NCBI GenBank assembly: GCA_046861395.1
Contig: JBHHUC010000003.1
Location: 1-64,000 of the forward strand
Direction of reading: 5' to 3'
DNA: 64,000 bases
Source of the DNA: Fidelibacterota bacterium
Lineage (GTDB): Bacteria; Fidelibacterota; Marinisomatia; Marinisomatales; JABMOV01
The notes under the pieces: generated by a model
Told to the model about the DNA's origin: nothing
What the model saw: only the letters and a program-made list of their open reading frames with translations
Databases searched by the model: none
Translations under genes and position numbers: made by a program
Part shown: positions 31,917-41,073 of the stretch, piece by piece
Layout of the letters: every line of letters begins with the position of its first letter
How positions within the stretch are numbered: position 1 is the first letter of the stretch

Positions 31917-32519
31917 ATGATGCTGAATTACATCTGGCTGGGAATGGTTATCATTGCCGTGGTGGTTGGGTCATTTACAGGGAATATTGATGCAGTCACC
32001 CAGGCGGCAATTGATATGTCAAAAACAGCCGTTACCATTGCCATTGGTTTAATCGGAATTATGGCTTTATGGCTGGGAGTCATGAAAATCGCCGAGGAAT
32101 CCGGGTTGATAAGATTGATCGCACTGGGACTCAAACCAATTACGGTACGGTTATTTCCGGATGTACCGCCGGATCATCCTGCCATGGGATCGATTATCTT
32201 GAATATGGCAGCCAATATCCTGGGGCTTGGTAATGCAGCCACACCGCTGGGCCTCAAGGCGATGGAAGAATTGCAGGAATTAAACGACGATAAGGAAACA
32301 GCATCGAATGCCATGATCACTTTCCTGGCGATTAATACCTCCAGTGTTCAGTTGATACTACCAGCCACGGTCATTGGACTGATGGGGACCGTAGCCAATC
32401 AAATATTTATTACCACCATTGTGGCTACCAGTATTTCTACAATCGTAGCGATTACAGCGGTCAAGTTCCTGGAAAAACGCAAACGATTCTCGTACCGGAA
32501 GGAAGAAGGGTCGATATGA
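31917..32519 (+). CDS. spmA: Spore maturation protein A-like membrane protein (nucleoside recognition/Gate domain)
   Basis: MLNYIW, LWLGVMKIAE, RLFPDVPPDHPA, ANILGLGNAATPLGLKAM, INTSS. Confidence 0.9.
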   Translation: MMLNYIWLGMVIIAVVVGSFTGNIDAVTQAAIDMSKTAVTIAIGLIGIMALWLGVMKIAEESGLIRLIALGLKPITVRLFPDVPPDHPAMGSIILNMAANILGLGNAATPLGLKAMEELQELNDDKETASNAMITFLAINTSSVQLILPATVIGLMGTVANQIFITTIVATSISTIVAITAVKFLEKRKRFSYRKEEGSI

Positions 32520-33061
32520 TAGATACCATCGTAGCGATTTTGAACGAAGGCTCCAAGTATATTATTCCCTTGTTGATCACCGGAATTCCCGCTTATGGAT
32601 TATGGGTGAAGAAGGTAAAAGTCTATGAAGTCTTTGTCGAAGGGGCCAAAGACGGATTCACCATTGCCGTACGTATCATTCCCTATCTCGTGGCCATCCT
32701 GGTGGCCATCGGAATGTTTCGTGCTTCCGGTGCCCTTGATCTCATGCTGAAAGGTCTGGCTCCTTTCCTTAATCTCATTGGATTCCCACCGGAAAACCTT
32801 CCGCTGGCCCTCATGCGTCCCTTGTCAGGAAGTGGATCTCTGGGATTGTTGACTGACCTGGTAAACGAATACGGAGCCGACTCCCTGTTTGCCAAAATAG
32901 GAGCCACCATGTTCGGCTCGACCGAAACAACCTTCTACGTTCTGGCTGTTTATTTCGGTTCGGTAGGTATTAAGAAAACAAGACACGCATTACCGGCGGG
33001 ATTACTGGCCGACCTGGCCGGTGTCCTGGCTGCTGTCTATATATGTAAACTTCTGTTTTAA
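32516..33061 (+). CDS. spmB: Spore maturation protein B-like membrane protein
   Basis: VYEVFVEGAKDG, FRASG, MRPLSGSGS, GSTETTFYVLAVYFG, RHAL. Confidence 0.9.
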   Translation: MIDTIVAILNEGSKYIIPLLITGIPAYGLWVKKVKVYEVFVEGAKDGFTIAVRIIPYLVAILVAIGMFRASGALDLMLKGLAPFLNLIGFPPENLPLALMRPLSGSGSLGLLTDLVNEYGADSLFAKIGATMFGSTETTFYVLAVYFGSVGIKKTRHALPAGLLADLAGVLAAVYICKLLF

Positions 33062-33064
33062 CCG

Positions 33065-35392
33065 CTATCCGGGAGTAATCTGGCCTTCCATGGATTTCTC
33101 CAGCCGTTGCGCCGTATCCAGAAATTCTGCCACGGTCAATTGCCGGATGAAAATAACGCCATGGGCGGCCCGTAATCGCGGATGTTCATTCCGGTACCAG
33201 AAATCGCGCCCCAAAATCAATTCCATCAACTGATGTTGCTCCACCCATATCTTTTGGGTAAGATCGCAAAACGGACCGTCCAGTTCATAGCTGGGATAGG
33301 AGGCATCTTTTTGACTCAGATAACAACTCATAAAGGTATCACGCATCACGGACATGGAATTCAGCGAAACGGGAACAATGATATCGGCCTCTGAGGGATC
33401 AAAGCGATACCAGACATTACGATAACCCCAGATTTTCACCTGAGAAAGATCTTTCTCCTTTTGCCAGGAACGAAGTGCTTCGGCAATCGTCTGCAATACT
33501 TTGTAATGCGTATCGGGTCCGCTGCCTTCCGGATCCATGGCCAGGGTTATGACCGTAGGATTGACTTCGCGTAACAGATCCAGTACAGGTGAAACATCAC
33601 GCTGTTTCTGCGGATTTTCCGTAAAGATATCGCCGGTATAGAACCCCAGTCGCAAATGATGAACATCCTTAACCTGAACGCCATAATGGGCCCACACCAG
33701 TTCTTCCTCAAATTCGCGGATCATACCCTTAAGACGCTGGACATCCGGCGTATTTTTCTCACCGTCATAACAACGATCGAGATAATTAATTACTTCCGTG
33801 ATCTGATTTTCCGTTTCCTCAATGGTTCGGGTTCCGTAAATGTCCACAACAGCCCGGACCAGCCGGTGGCACAAGCCCCGCAACTGACCCTCGAAGTTCT
33901 TCGATGCAATCCGGTCCAGATAGTGATACACATCCTTGTCCTGCTTTTTCCCATATCCCGTCGTAAAAAAGTTGGGATAGCGCATCATTTGAATTTGTCC
34001 GGTACGGATAAATGATACTGTTTTCTCCAGTATTTTTTTTACATAATGATTTGTTACCGACGTAAATCCCGATGTCATATTCACAAAGATGTTTTGATTG
34101 TCCGGCGAACGCACCAGGTGAATAACATGGGGTAAATACCCCAACATGATATCATCATGATGGGGGCCGGTATGCAGGAATGTTTCATTGGAATAAGGTT
34201 TGATACCCAGGGCAATCTTTTCCCGGAAAGAGGTCAGGATGGAATCAATGACCGTGGGTGAAATATCCGGTATTTTCTGTCCCACCGGGTGCGAACGTAA
34301 TTGTTCGGGATTCAATTTTGTCCCAAAGGAATGTAAATCCTGACAAACCTGGATGAATACTTTTTCAATCATTTTACGAGACCAGGGCGCGGTGTTGACT
34401 TCCAGGGATCTGGAGTCCGTCAGAGCTGTGGCAGCGCCGCCGGTCAGGTAGAAACGTCCGTTTTCCAATCGCTGCAGAACACTGCCGGGGTATTTATTCT
34501 GCAGTGGATGTTCCAAAGCGTTTTTAACAATGGGGGCCTTGGCCTCTCCGGCAGCAATTATAATCGCGGTTGCATCTGGATTGGCGGTAATGGTTTGCAG
34601 TCCGATGGTAATGACGAGGCGATTCCGTGATATTTCAATTCCCCCCAAATCTGTTGCAGCAGCGGCCTGGGTCTCAAAATTGGTTTCGGTCAGACGGGTT
34701 GTGGAATGAACATCCGACCCTTTCACATTGAAGGCAATATGACCGTCGGGACCGATACCGCCTAGGAAAAAGCCAATGCCGCCCAGGTCCTGAATCCGGG
34801 ATTCATATTCACTACACCATTGATCCACGAGGAAAATGGTTTCCTGCTGAATTTCTTCCAAGGAATTCCTGGGAGTTCGCACTCTCAGGCTTAAATCAAC
34901 ATGATGATCCGGAAAAATGTCCAGCAAGGAATAGCCGGCCGGTGTAGGCAATTCATCACAGTCGATCAGGAGGGCCTTTGTTGCATCAAGTCCGAAACCG
35001 CGTATATAAAAACGCTGATCATAGTTATAGAAACTATTGTGCTGCTCCGGATTGATGGGATAGAATTCATCAATTTGAACAAATCGTAGACTGGATAATT
35101 CAGGTTTATTGCCGGAATGAAAGCCGGATGATTCCCGTAACTCCGCCAAGCGGGGATTATCCCATTCTGACAGTAAATACTGCACCCATTTAATGAAATA
35201 TTCCGGTGTTTTCCCGGTAGGCAAACTAATCACACCTTCCGGATTTTCCGTGACCCACTCCAGGAAACGCAGCGCTGTCAGGAAGCCAAGTTGGGGAAAA
35301 TTGTTGACTACAATGTAGGGTATCCGGGTCATGGGTGCCGGACGCCCTGACATCTGAAAAAATGTTTTTTCCACTGATGATGTAAAATGCAT
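33065..35392 (-). CDS. nagB: Glucosamine-6-phosphate deaminase fused to a PIG-L/LmbE-like deacetylase domain
   Basis: LPTGKTP, QIDEFY, GIGPDGHIAFN deaminase motifs; C-terminal HTGPHHDD and GPDTHY motifs. Confidence 0.87.
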   Translation of the reverse strand: MHFTSSVEKTFFQMSGRPAPMTRIPYIVVNNFPQLGFLTALRFLEWVTENPEGVISLPTGKTPEYFIKWVQYLLSEWDNPRLAELRESSGFHSGNKPELSSLRFVQIDEFYPINPEQHNSFYNYDQRFYIRGFGLDATKALLIDCDELPTPAGYSLLDIFPDHHVDLSLRVRTPRNSLEEIQQETIFLVDQWCSEYESRIQDLGGIGFFLGGIGPDGHIAFNVKGSDVHSTTRLTETNFETQAAAATDLGGIEISRNRLVITIGLQTITANPDATAIIIAAGEAKAPIVKNALEHPLQNKYPGSVLQRLENGRFYLTGGAATALTDSRSLEVNTAPWSRKMIEKVFIQVCQDLHSFGTKLNPEQLRSHPVGQKIPDISPTVIDSILTSFREKIALGIKPYSNETFLHTGPHHDDIMLGYLPHVIHLVRSPDNQNIFVNMTSGFTSVTNHYVKKILEKTVSFIRTGQIQMMRYPNFFTTGYGKKQDKDVYHYLDRIASKNFEGQLRGLCHRLVRAVVDIYGTRTIEETENQITEVINYLDRCYDGEKNTPDVQRLKGMIREFEEELVWAHYGVQVKDVHHLRLGFYTGDIFTENPQKQRDVSPVLDLLREVNPTVITLAMDPEGSGPDTHYKVLQTIAEALRSWQKEKDLSQVKIWGYRNVWYRFDPSEADIIVPVSLNSMSVMRDTFMSCYLSQKDASYPSYELDGPFCDLTQKIWVEQHQLMELILGRDFWYRNEHPRLRAAHGVIFIRQLTVAEFLDTAQRLEKSMEGQITPG

Positions 35393-35428
35393 AGTTTAAA
35401 TTAAATCAAATATTCAATGCTATTCCGC

Positions 35429-36571
35429 CTATAAACACAATTTACCAAGAATGACCTGGGCACCTGCTCCTGTCACGGTAGGCAGATTCGCCGGGATGCC
35501 TTTCACAAAGGCCGCGGCCAGAAGAGCAAAGACAAAAGCTTCCTTGCCATCAATATCAATATTGAAATCCGACGAGAACGATATACCGCTTTCTCCCACT
35601 CGTTGCTTCAGCCCGGCAATGACGGCCGAATGATGAGCGCCTCCTCCGCTGATAATCAGACGATATTCCGCATCCTTTATGAACCGGCGGCAACCAATGA
35701 TAATTGTTTCCGCCGTAAAGGCCGCCAGCGTGGACAGACAATCGGGGACGGACAACGACATCAATTCCGGCCAATGGGATTCAATCCAGGATTCGCCATA
35801 CCGGTCACGTCCAGTGGATTTAGGCGGGTCCTTCTGAATAAATTCATCTTCCTGGATCCATTGCTCGACCAATTCCATCTTCGGAGTCCCCAGGCCGGCC
35901 GTTCTTCCCTTTTCATCCACACCACTTCGTCCCAAACGTTGCCACGCCTCATCCAATAACGCCATTCCGGGTCCCGTATCGCATCCTGTCGTTTCCCTCT
36001 GATCTTTCCAGAGTACGGTAATATTGCTGATTCCCCCAATATTCACACAGATTCTGTTTTCGGTTGGCGTAAAGAATACGCGTTGATCGATCCAGGGAAC
36101 CAGCGGTGCGCCGCAACCGCCGGCTGCAATATCATTGGAACGGAAATCATGAATCACCGGAACCTCAAATGTCCGTGCCAGATAGGAGACTTCACCAATT
36201 TGCAACGATGCAATGCCATGCTCATGATAAATGGTCTGACCGTGGGATCCGATTAAATCAAGTTCTGTTCTTTCCGCCGGACTCAGTTGTTCGCGAACCG
36301 TTGCGGCGACCCAGCGACCCAACCGATGGTGTAATTCGCCTACCGAATCATTCGGGCCGCGGACGGCAGCAACGATGGCATTTTTTAGAGATGAGGGATA
36401 CGGAACGGTTTTCGACCAGTGAATGGAATAATGCAAGGTGGCCGGAGTCAGAGAAAGGATGCAATAGCATAAATCAAGGCCATCCATGGATGTCCCTGAC
36501 ATCAATCCCAGGGTCGTAATTTTGTCCTGACAATTTAACCTGGCCAGGATGGTGTCCGGTGATTCAACCAT
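35429..36571 (-). CDS. anmK: Anhydro-N-acetylmuramic acid kinase
   Basis: GLMSGTSMDG, GSHGQT, DFR..DIAAGG.GAPLVP, NIGGISN, DTGPG, PKSTGR, GGG, KEA. Confidence 0.95.
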   Translation of the reverse strand: MVESPDTILARLNCQDKITTLGLMSGTSMDGLDLCYCILSLTPATLHYSIHWSKTVPYPSSLKNAIVAAVRGPNDSVGELHHRLGRWVAATVREQLSPAERTELDLIGSHGQTIYHEHGIASLQIGEVSYLARTFEVPVIHDFRSNDIAAGGCGAPLVPWIDQRVFFTPTENRICVNIGGISNITVLWKDQRETTGCDTGPGMALLDEAWQRLGRSGVDEKGRTAGLGTPKMELVEQWIQEDEFIQKDPPKSTGRDRYGESWIESHWPELMSLSVPDCLSTLAAFTAETIIIGCRRFIKDAEYRLIISGGGAHHSAVIAGLKQRVGESGISFSSDFNIDIDGKEAFVFALLAAAFVKGIPANLPTVTGAGAQVILGKLCL

Positions 36572-36607
36572 TCTGGTCCACCGGGAAAAGAGTAATAGTT
36601 CCGTTGA

Positions 36608-37651
36608 TTAAAGTTTGAATCCCAGAGATACGCGCTGGACGCCTTTCAGACGCTGAAAGTCGGTGTAGGAATAATCGATTTTTATCACGGTAGCCGATCC
36701 CCAGATCCGATAATTAATGCCAAGACCATAGGACAATCCTTCTTCGGCAGTATCGCGGAACAGATTGGCATAACCTGTGCGGAGGAAGAACATATTGTTT
36801 AATGCCAATTCTACACCGGCATTAACGGCTTCGGTATTATCATTGGGATGGATCGCGTCCAGGGCGAAACTCAAGCGGGTAACATCGGTATTAATCAATT
36901 CGCTGGACACGCCAACACGAAACATCAGCGGTAAGGGAAAGCGGTCCGTTTTATACCGTGCATCAACGTACTCTACTGTTCCCAGGTTGTCGGGATCGGG
37001 GTCGATGCTGATATCCAAGTCCCGCCCATCCAGTCTCATGCCGCCGCCATAGTTGGAAATACTGGCTCCCAGCCGGGTATCTCCAAACGGTGTGATAAAG
37101 AGTATTCCCAGATCACCGGCCACAGTGGTGGCTTTCGAATGCCAGATATTTTCATGAATCATTTTTACCGTACCACCAAGCGAAAAATGATCAGTCAGCT
37201 TCCTGGCATATGTCAGATTCAATGCCAACCCGCCGGCTTCCCAGTATTCGCCGGTACCTTCCGGATTTTCGACGGTTCGAACGATATCTCGGGGAACACT
37301 CAGACTGTTAACGGAGAGACCCAACACACCGAAACGTCCCGTATTAATGGTGGCGGCAGCAAAGTTCACATCCGTATTGACCAACCAGGCATTGTTGACT
37401 ACGACCAGATGAAGTCCTTGCAGGCCGGCGATTCCAGCCGGATTCCAAAAGATTGAGCCAATATCACCGGACATGGCTACGAAGGCATTTCCCATTGATG
37501 ATCCTCTTGCATCGGCTCCGATTTTCAGAAATGAAGCTGCCGTAGTCCCGGTCTTGGTAATGGTTTCCGTAATGGACTGAGCTTGAAGGCCGATCCAACA
37601 TAATCCGATTAATAATATTGTTATTTTTATATTTTGTGTGAATTTCATCAT
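36608..37651 (-). CDS. PorV/PorQ-family outer-membrane beta-barrel
   Basis: Signal peptide, KTGTTAASFLKIGADARGSSMGNA, FWNPAG, LPLMFRVG, DAIHPNDN, C-terminal SLGFKL. Confidence 0.82.
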   Translation of the reverse strand: MMKFTQNIKITILLIGLCWIGLQAQSITETITKTGTTAASFLKIGADARGSSMGNAFVAMSGDIGSIFWNPAGIAGLQGLHLVVVNNAWLVNTDVNFAAATINTGRFGVLGLSVNSLSVPRDIVRTVENPEGTGEYWEAGGLALNLTYARKLTDHFSLGGTVKMIHENIWHSKATTVAGDLGILFITPFGDTRLGASISNYGGGMRLDGRDLDISIDPDPDNLGTVEYVDARYKTDRFPLPLMFRVGVSSELINTDVTRLSFALDAIHPNDNTEAVNAGVELALNNMFFLRTGYANLFRDTAEEGLSYGLGINYRIWGSATVIKIDYSYTDFQRLKGVQRVSLGFKL

Positions 37652-40600
37652 TTTATCACCCCAAACCGTCCGATTTTTTCCCCCAATTCCCCGGCATCCA
37701 CGTGATACAGGTAGACACCGTAGGCGATGGGGAAGTTATCTTTTGTCGTCAAATCCCAATATTCCTTGCCGTCATCTATGGCGGAATGATGTTCCAATGT
37801 TTCCACCAATTCTCCGCTCAGGGTATAAATTCTGATAGTACAATCCTCAGGCAAGTGATTGAAGTACAACCGGCGCTGCCCCCGGTCAATCCGGTTTTGC
37901 AAATCAGGTTTTTCAATAACATTCGTCACGACATAGGGATTGGGAACGACGGAAATGTTATCCAGCTCCCTTCTTGCCTTACTGTTGTCCACAAAGGAGG
38001 CGGCCGTGGTAAATGTAAATTTATCTTCGGACGTAAACGGACGGGTGGTGGCAATGTAATACACATCACCAGCACCTGGCAGTATCGTATCACCAGAAGC
38101 AGGATAATTCATTGTGAATTCCCAGCTGGAGGTGGATGTTTCATCACCCTGAAGTATAATGACCCGTTCTCCGGGATTCCATAAACTGTCGGCCGACCCC
38201 AATTCCAAGACAATCATTTTCCGTTTTTCAGGAACCATCCCCTCTGATACTTCCCATATTTCGAAATTGGTTTTAATATATCCCTGACTGGGTCGTGAAC
38301 TACTGTCAACCAGGGTGTCAAAAAACCGTACTTCATAGTCTGCGGGATATTTTTTATTCTCCACATTATTAAAGGGTTTAACCGTGACCACCAGGTTGGC
38401 ATCGCTGGTTGACGTCCATCCCATCCGGGATGTATCCAGGGCTAGGATTTCGTCATGTACGAAGATTTTCATTCCGTCAATCAATGGATTGGACTCTTCA
38501 TTGTTCAACAAGGTGCTGGCATAAACGCCATAATATTGATATGTAGCATAATAGGTCCCCAAATGAGTCAATGTTGAATCACCCAGGATTTTCCCCGCTT
38601 CGGCATTCAGGGTATAGGCAGTATCTATATTGCCGTCAGCATCACGCAGGACAAAAGTGCTATCAACAATATGAGTATTGGGCAGCTGCACATACTGCCC
38701 ATGACGAATGGTGACTTCCGTTTCAATCGGTTTCATATCACGGATGTAATATGCAGTTGGATTTTCAGTGAATGAGATTTCGAATTCATTATCATCCTCT
38801 ATTTTTCGTGGATCGACGATTTCCATGACAATGTCACCGGTTCCTACGCCGCCGGTATGCAGTATGGCATCATTTACGATGGATCCGGTTACGAATCCGG
38901 CAGCCGGTGAGCGTGATGTCACTTTAACTGTATTCACATCAAACAGGGTCTCATTCCGTTCCGGATCCACAGTAATCCTTTTCGAGCATTCCACCGGAGC
39001 TATTTTCAGAGAATCATCGCCATGGTCATACGAAACAACGGCATAATAATATTCCTGTCCGTTAATGACATTATTCGAATCCACGAATGTATGACGTATT
39101 CCGGTGTTATTCCCCAAATTGTAAAATACACCACGGCCGGTGTACGGTACGGTACTCAGTCCGGAATATTCATTGTCCAAATCGAACCTGGCCGGGGCAC
39201 CGGTGGCCATCGTCAGCGGTTCAAACAAGAACCGGGAACCGTTGGCATCCGTAATGGTCTGTTGATCCAGAAACTGGGGATCTGTACTGCGATAAATCAC
39301 GTATCCTTCGAAATCATATTTCTCCGTCAGAGGATCCAGCGATGATTCCGCCACATCATCCCAATATAGCATGACTTTTTCATCTCCTGGAACGGCCACG
39401 ACATTCGGTTTTTCCGGTGGTTTGGCAAATTCATAATTCCGTTCGTAAATCTCCTGCGCCGTCAGGGCATTCAGGGTCAAATCTTCGAAAGATTGTCCCA
39501 CCAGCAAAGCAATGGAAAAGCGACGGGCTTCACCAGCCGGAAAATCAAATGGTCCGGAACTGTAAAGGAAAATATAATCCCCCGGAGTGTTGGAATTGGA
39601 AGTATCAAATTCCCCTGGGGTGAGAAAGTTGGTATAAAAATAATCATCATTGCGGGCGGCATTCTGAGCCAGGAAAGGCGGAGCCTTAAATCCGGTGAGT
39701 CCCACCATATCCGCTTCATCCAAATCGGTCCATTCAAAATTCGGTTCACCAGGAATTCTGATATCGAACGGATCGCCGGCCGTGGGCATACCGTCCCCTT
39801 CACCGGCATCTCCTGTATTGGGCAGGCCGTCCAGCCCCACATCATCTTTATCTATATCCCAATCGCTATCGTTGTCAATTCCATCACTGCGACTTTCATC
39901 TATCATACCGTCATTGTCATTGTCAATGCCGTCATGTGGGTCACCGGGGCTTTCCAGAAATTTATACCCGAAATATCCGGGAGTTTTCCCGGCCACATCG
40001 CTCAGCCCGTCGGCATCCCAAGCATAGACCATGTTGATATCACGGTCAAAAAATGATAGATCGTCGGCCCAGTCCGAAGGTCCTCCGATATGCGGGTCGC
40101 CCCACATCCCGAAGATAACATTCTTGAGTTCTTTTTCACTTTTATTGGTCACCTTATAGATCAGAAATATAATGTCCTCTGCCAGAGGATTGGACCACTG
40201 GTAATAGCGACATTCAATTTCCACGCCCAGACCCAGGCGGGATGAATCGGACGGAAAGGGATAATATTCAAATTCCCGGTTATTCCGGTCGTCAATGACG
40301 AAAAAGGCTTCCAGATCGGCGTTTGATGACCCTTGGCGCAATGCTCCGGGCCATTGGTATTCCTGTAAATTCGGATTATACCACCCGGCCGGCCAGCTGT
40401 CCGGTTTTCCATCCCCGTCCCGGTCCACATCACCGGACGTGGGTAAATGATCGCTATTGGGATCCGCATAGGGAACACCGAGATCACTATGGGCCAACGG
40501 GTCCCAACCCCAGAATTCGGTATTGTCGGGAGAAACTTCCGGATAAGATACAAGACCTTCACTGATTACCCTGGCAACCCAGACGGTATCGCCCTCAGCC

Positions 40601-41055
40601 GTGACAACAGGATTCCCATTTTCATCCAGTTTAATAAAGGCATCCTGATGGCTATGGGGTGCGACTTCGACCTCGGCAGCCACGATTGGTCCGAATTCAT
40701 AGCCATAGCCCAGGCCTTCCCATACAATATCGGTGATTCGATTGCCGGGACTTGAAATGGAACCATAATTCCAGATTTCCGATGTAATCTTATTTCCGTT
40801 GATAATGGCCCATTGACGACGAAGGGTTTGACTATCCTCCAGCGTTCTGCCCAATTTCAATGACAACTGTTCCAGCCAGGACATATATCGGTCATAATCC
40901 CGATCCGACCATTCTTTATTCACTCCCTGAGCATAATATTCCGGACTACCTTTGTGAATTCGTTTATTCTTCGCGCTGAGCGGCCCGGACATTATAGTCG
41001 CAATAAACCCGATCAGGACTAGAACGCAGATAATATTTACACTTTTTTTCATCAT
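37648..41055 (-). CDS. Large secreted protein with DxDxDG motifs, FN3 domain and VVPNPY-type C-terminal domain
   Basis: Signal peptide, DRDGDGKPD and DGIDNDNDG, VMLYWD...DFEGYVIYRS FN3, ISVVPNPY...IRIYTLSGELV...GVYLYHV...RFGVIK. Confidence 0.8.
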   Translation of the reverse strand: MMKKSVNIICVLVLIGFIATIMSGPLSAKNKRIHKGSPEYYAQGVNKEWSDRDYDRYMSWLEQLSLKLGRTLEDSQTLRRQWAIINGNKITSEIWNYGSISSPGNRITDIVWEGLGYGYEFGPIVAAEVEVAPHSHQDAFIKLDENGNPVVTAEGDTVWVARVISEGLVSYPEVSPDNTEFWGWDPLAHSDLGVPYADPNSDHLPTSGDVDRDGDGKPDSWPAGWYNPNLQEYQWPGALRQGSSNADLEAFFVIDDRNNREFEYYPFPSDSSRLGLGVEIECRYYQWSNPLAEDIIFLIYKVTNKSEKELKNVIFGMWGDPHIGGPSDWADDLSFFDRDINMVYAWDADGLSDVAGKTPGYFGYKFLESPGDPHDGIDNDNDGMIDESRSDGIDNDSDWDIDKDDVGLDGLPNTGDAGEGDGMPTAGDPFDIRIPGEPNFEWTDLDEADMVGLTGFKAPPFLAQNAARNDDYFYTNFLTPGEFDTSNSNTPGDYIFLYSSGPFDFPAGEARRFSIALLVGQSFEDLTLNALTAQEIYERNYEFAKPPEKPNVVAVPGDEKVMLYWDDVAESSLDPLTEKYDFEGYVIYRSTDPQFLDQQTITDANGSRFLFEPLTMATGAPARFDLDNEYSGLSTVPYTGRGVFYNLGNNTGIRHTFVDSNNVINGQEYYYAVVSYDHGDDSLKIAPVECSKRITVDPERNETLFDVNTVKVTSRSPAAGFVTGSIVNDAILHTGGVGTGDIVMEIVDPRKIEDDNEFEISFTENPTAYYIRDMKPIETEVTIRHGQYVQLPNTHIVDSTFVLRDADGNIDTAYTLNAEAGKILGDSTLTHLGTYYATYQYYGVYASTLLNNEESNPLIDGMKIFVHDEILALDTSRMGWTSTSDANLVVTVKPFNNVENKKYPADYEVRFFDTLVDSSSRPSQGYIKTNFEIWEVSEGMVPEKRKMIVLELGSADSLWNPGERVIILQGDETSTSSWEFTMNYPASGDTILPGAGDVYYIATTRPFTSEDKFTFTTAASFVDNSKARRELDNISVVPNPYVVTNVIEKPDLQNRIDRGQRRLYFNHLPEDCTIRIYTLSGELVETLEHHSAIDDGKEYWDLTTKDNFPIAYGVYLYHVDAGELGEKIGRFGVIK

Positions 41056-41073
41056 AAAATCTTTATCTCCAAT

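Noticed and set aside
31917..33061. Sporulation capability implied by spmAB and dacB
   Set aside because: Outer-membrane proteins indicate a diderm, no other sporulation genes are seen, and this DacB is S13 rather than the Bacillus S11 enzyme
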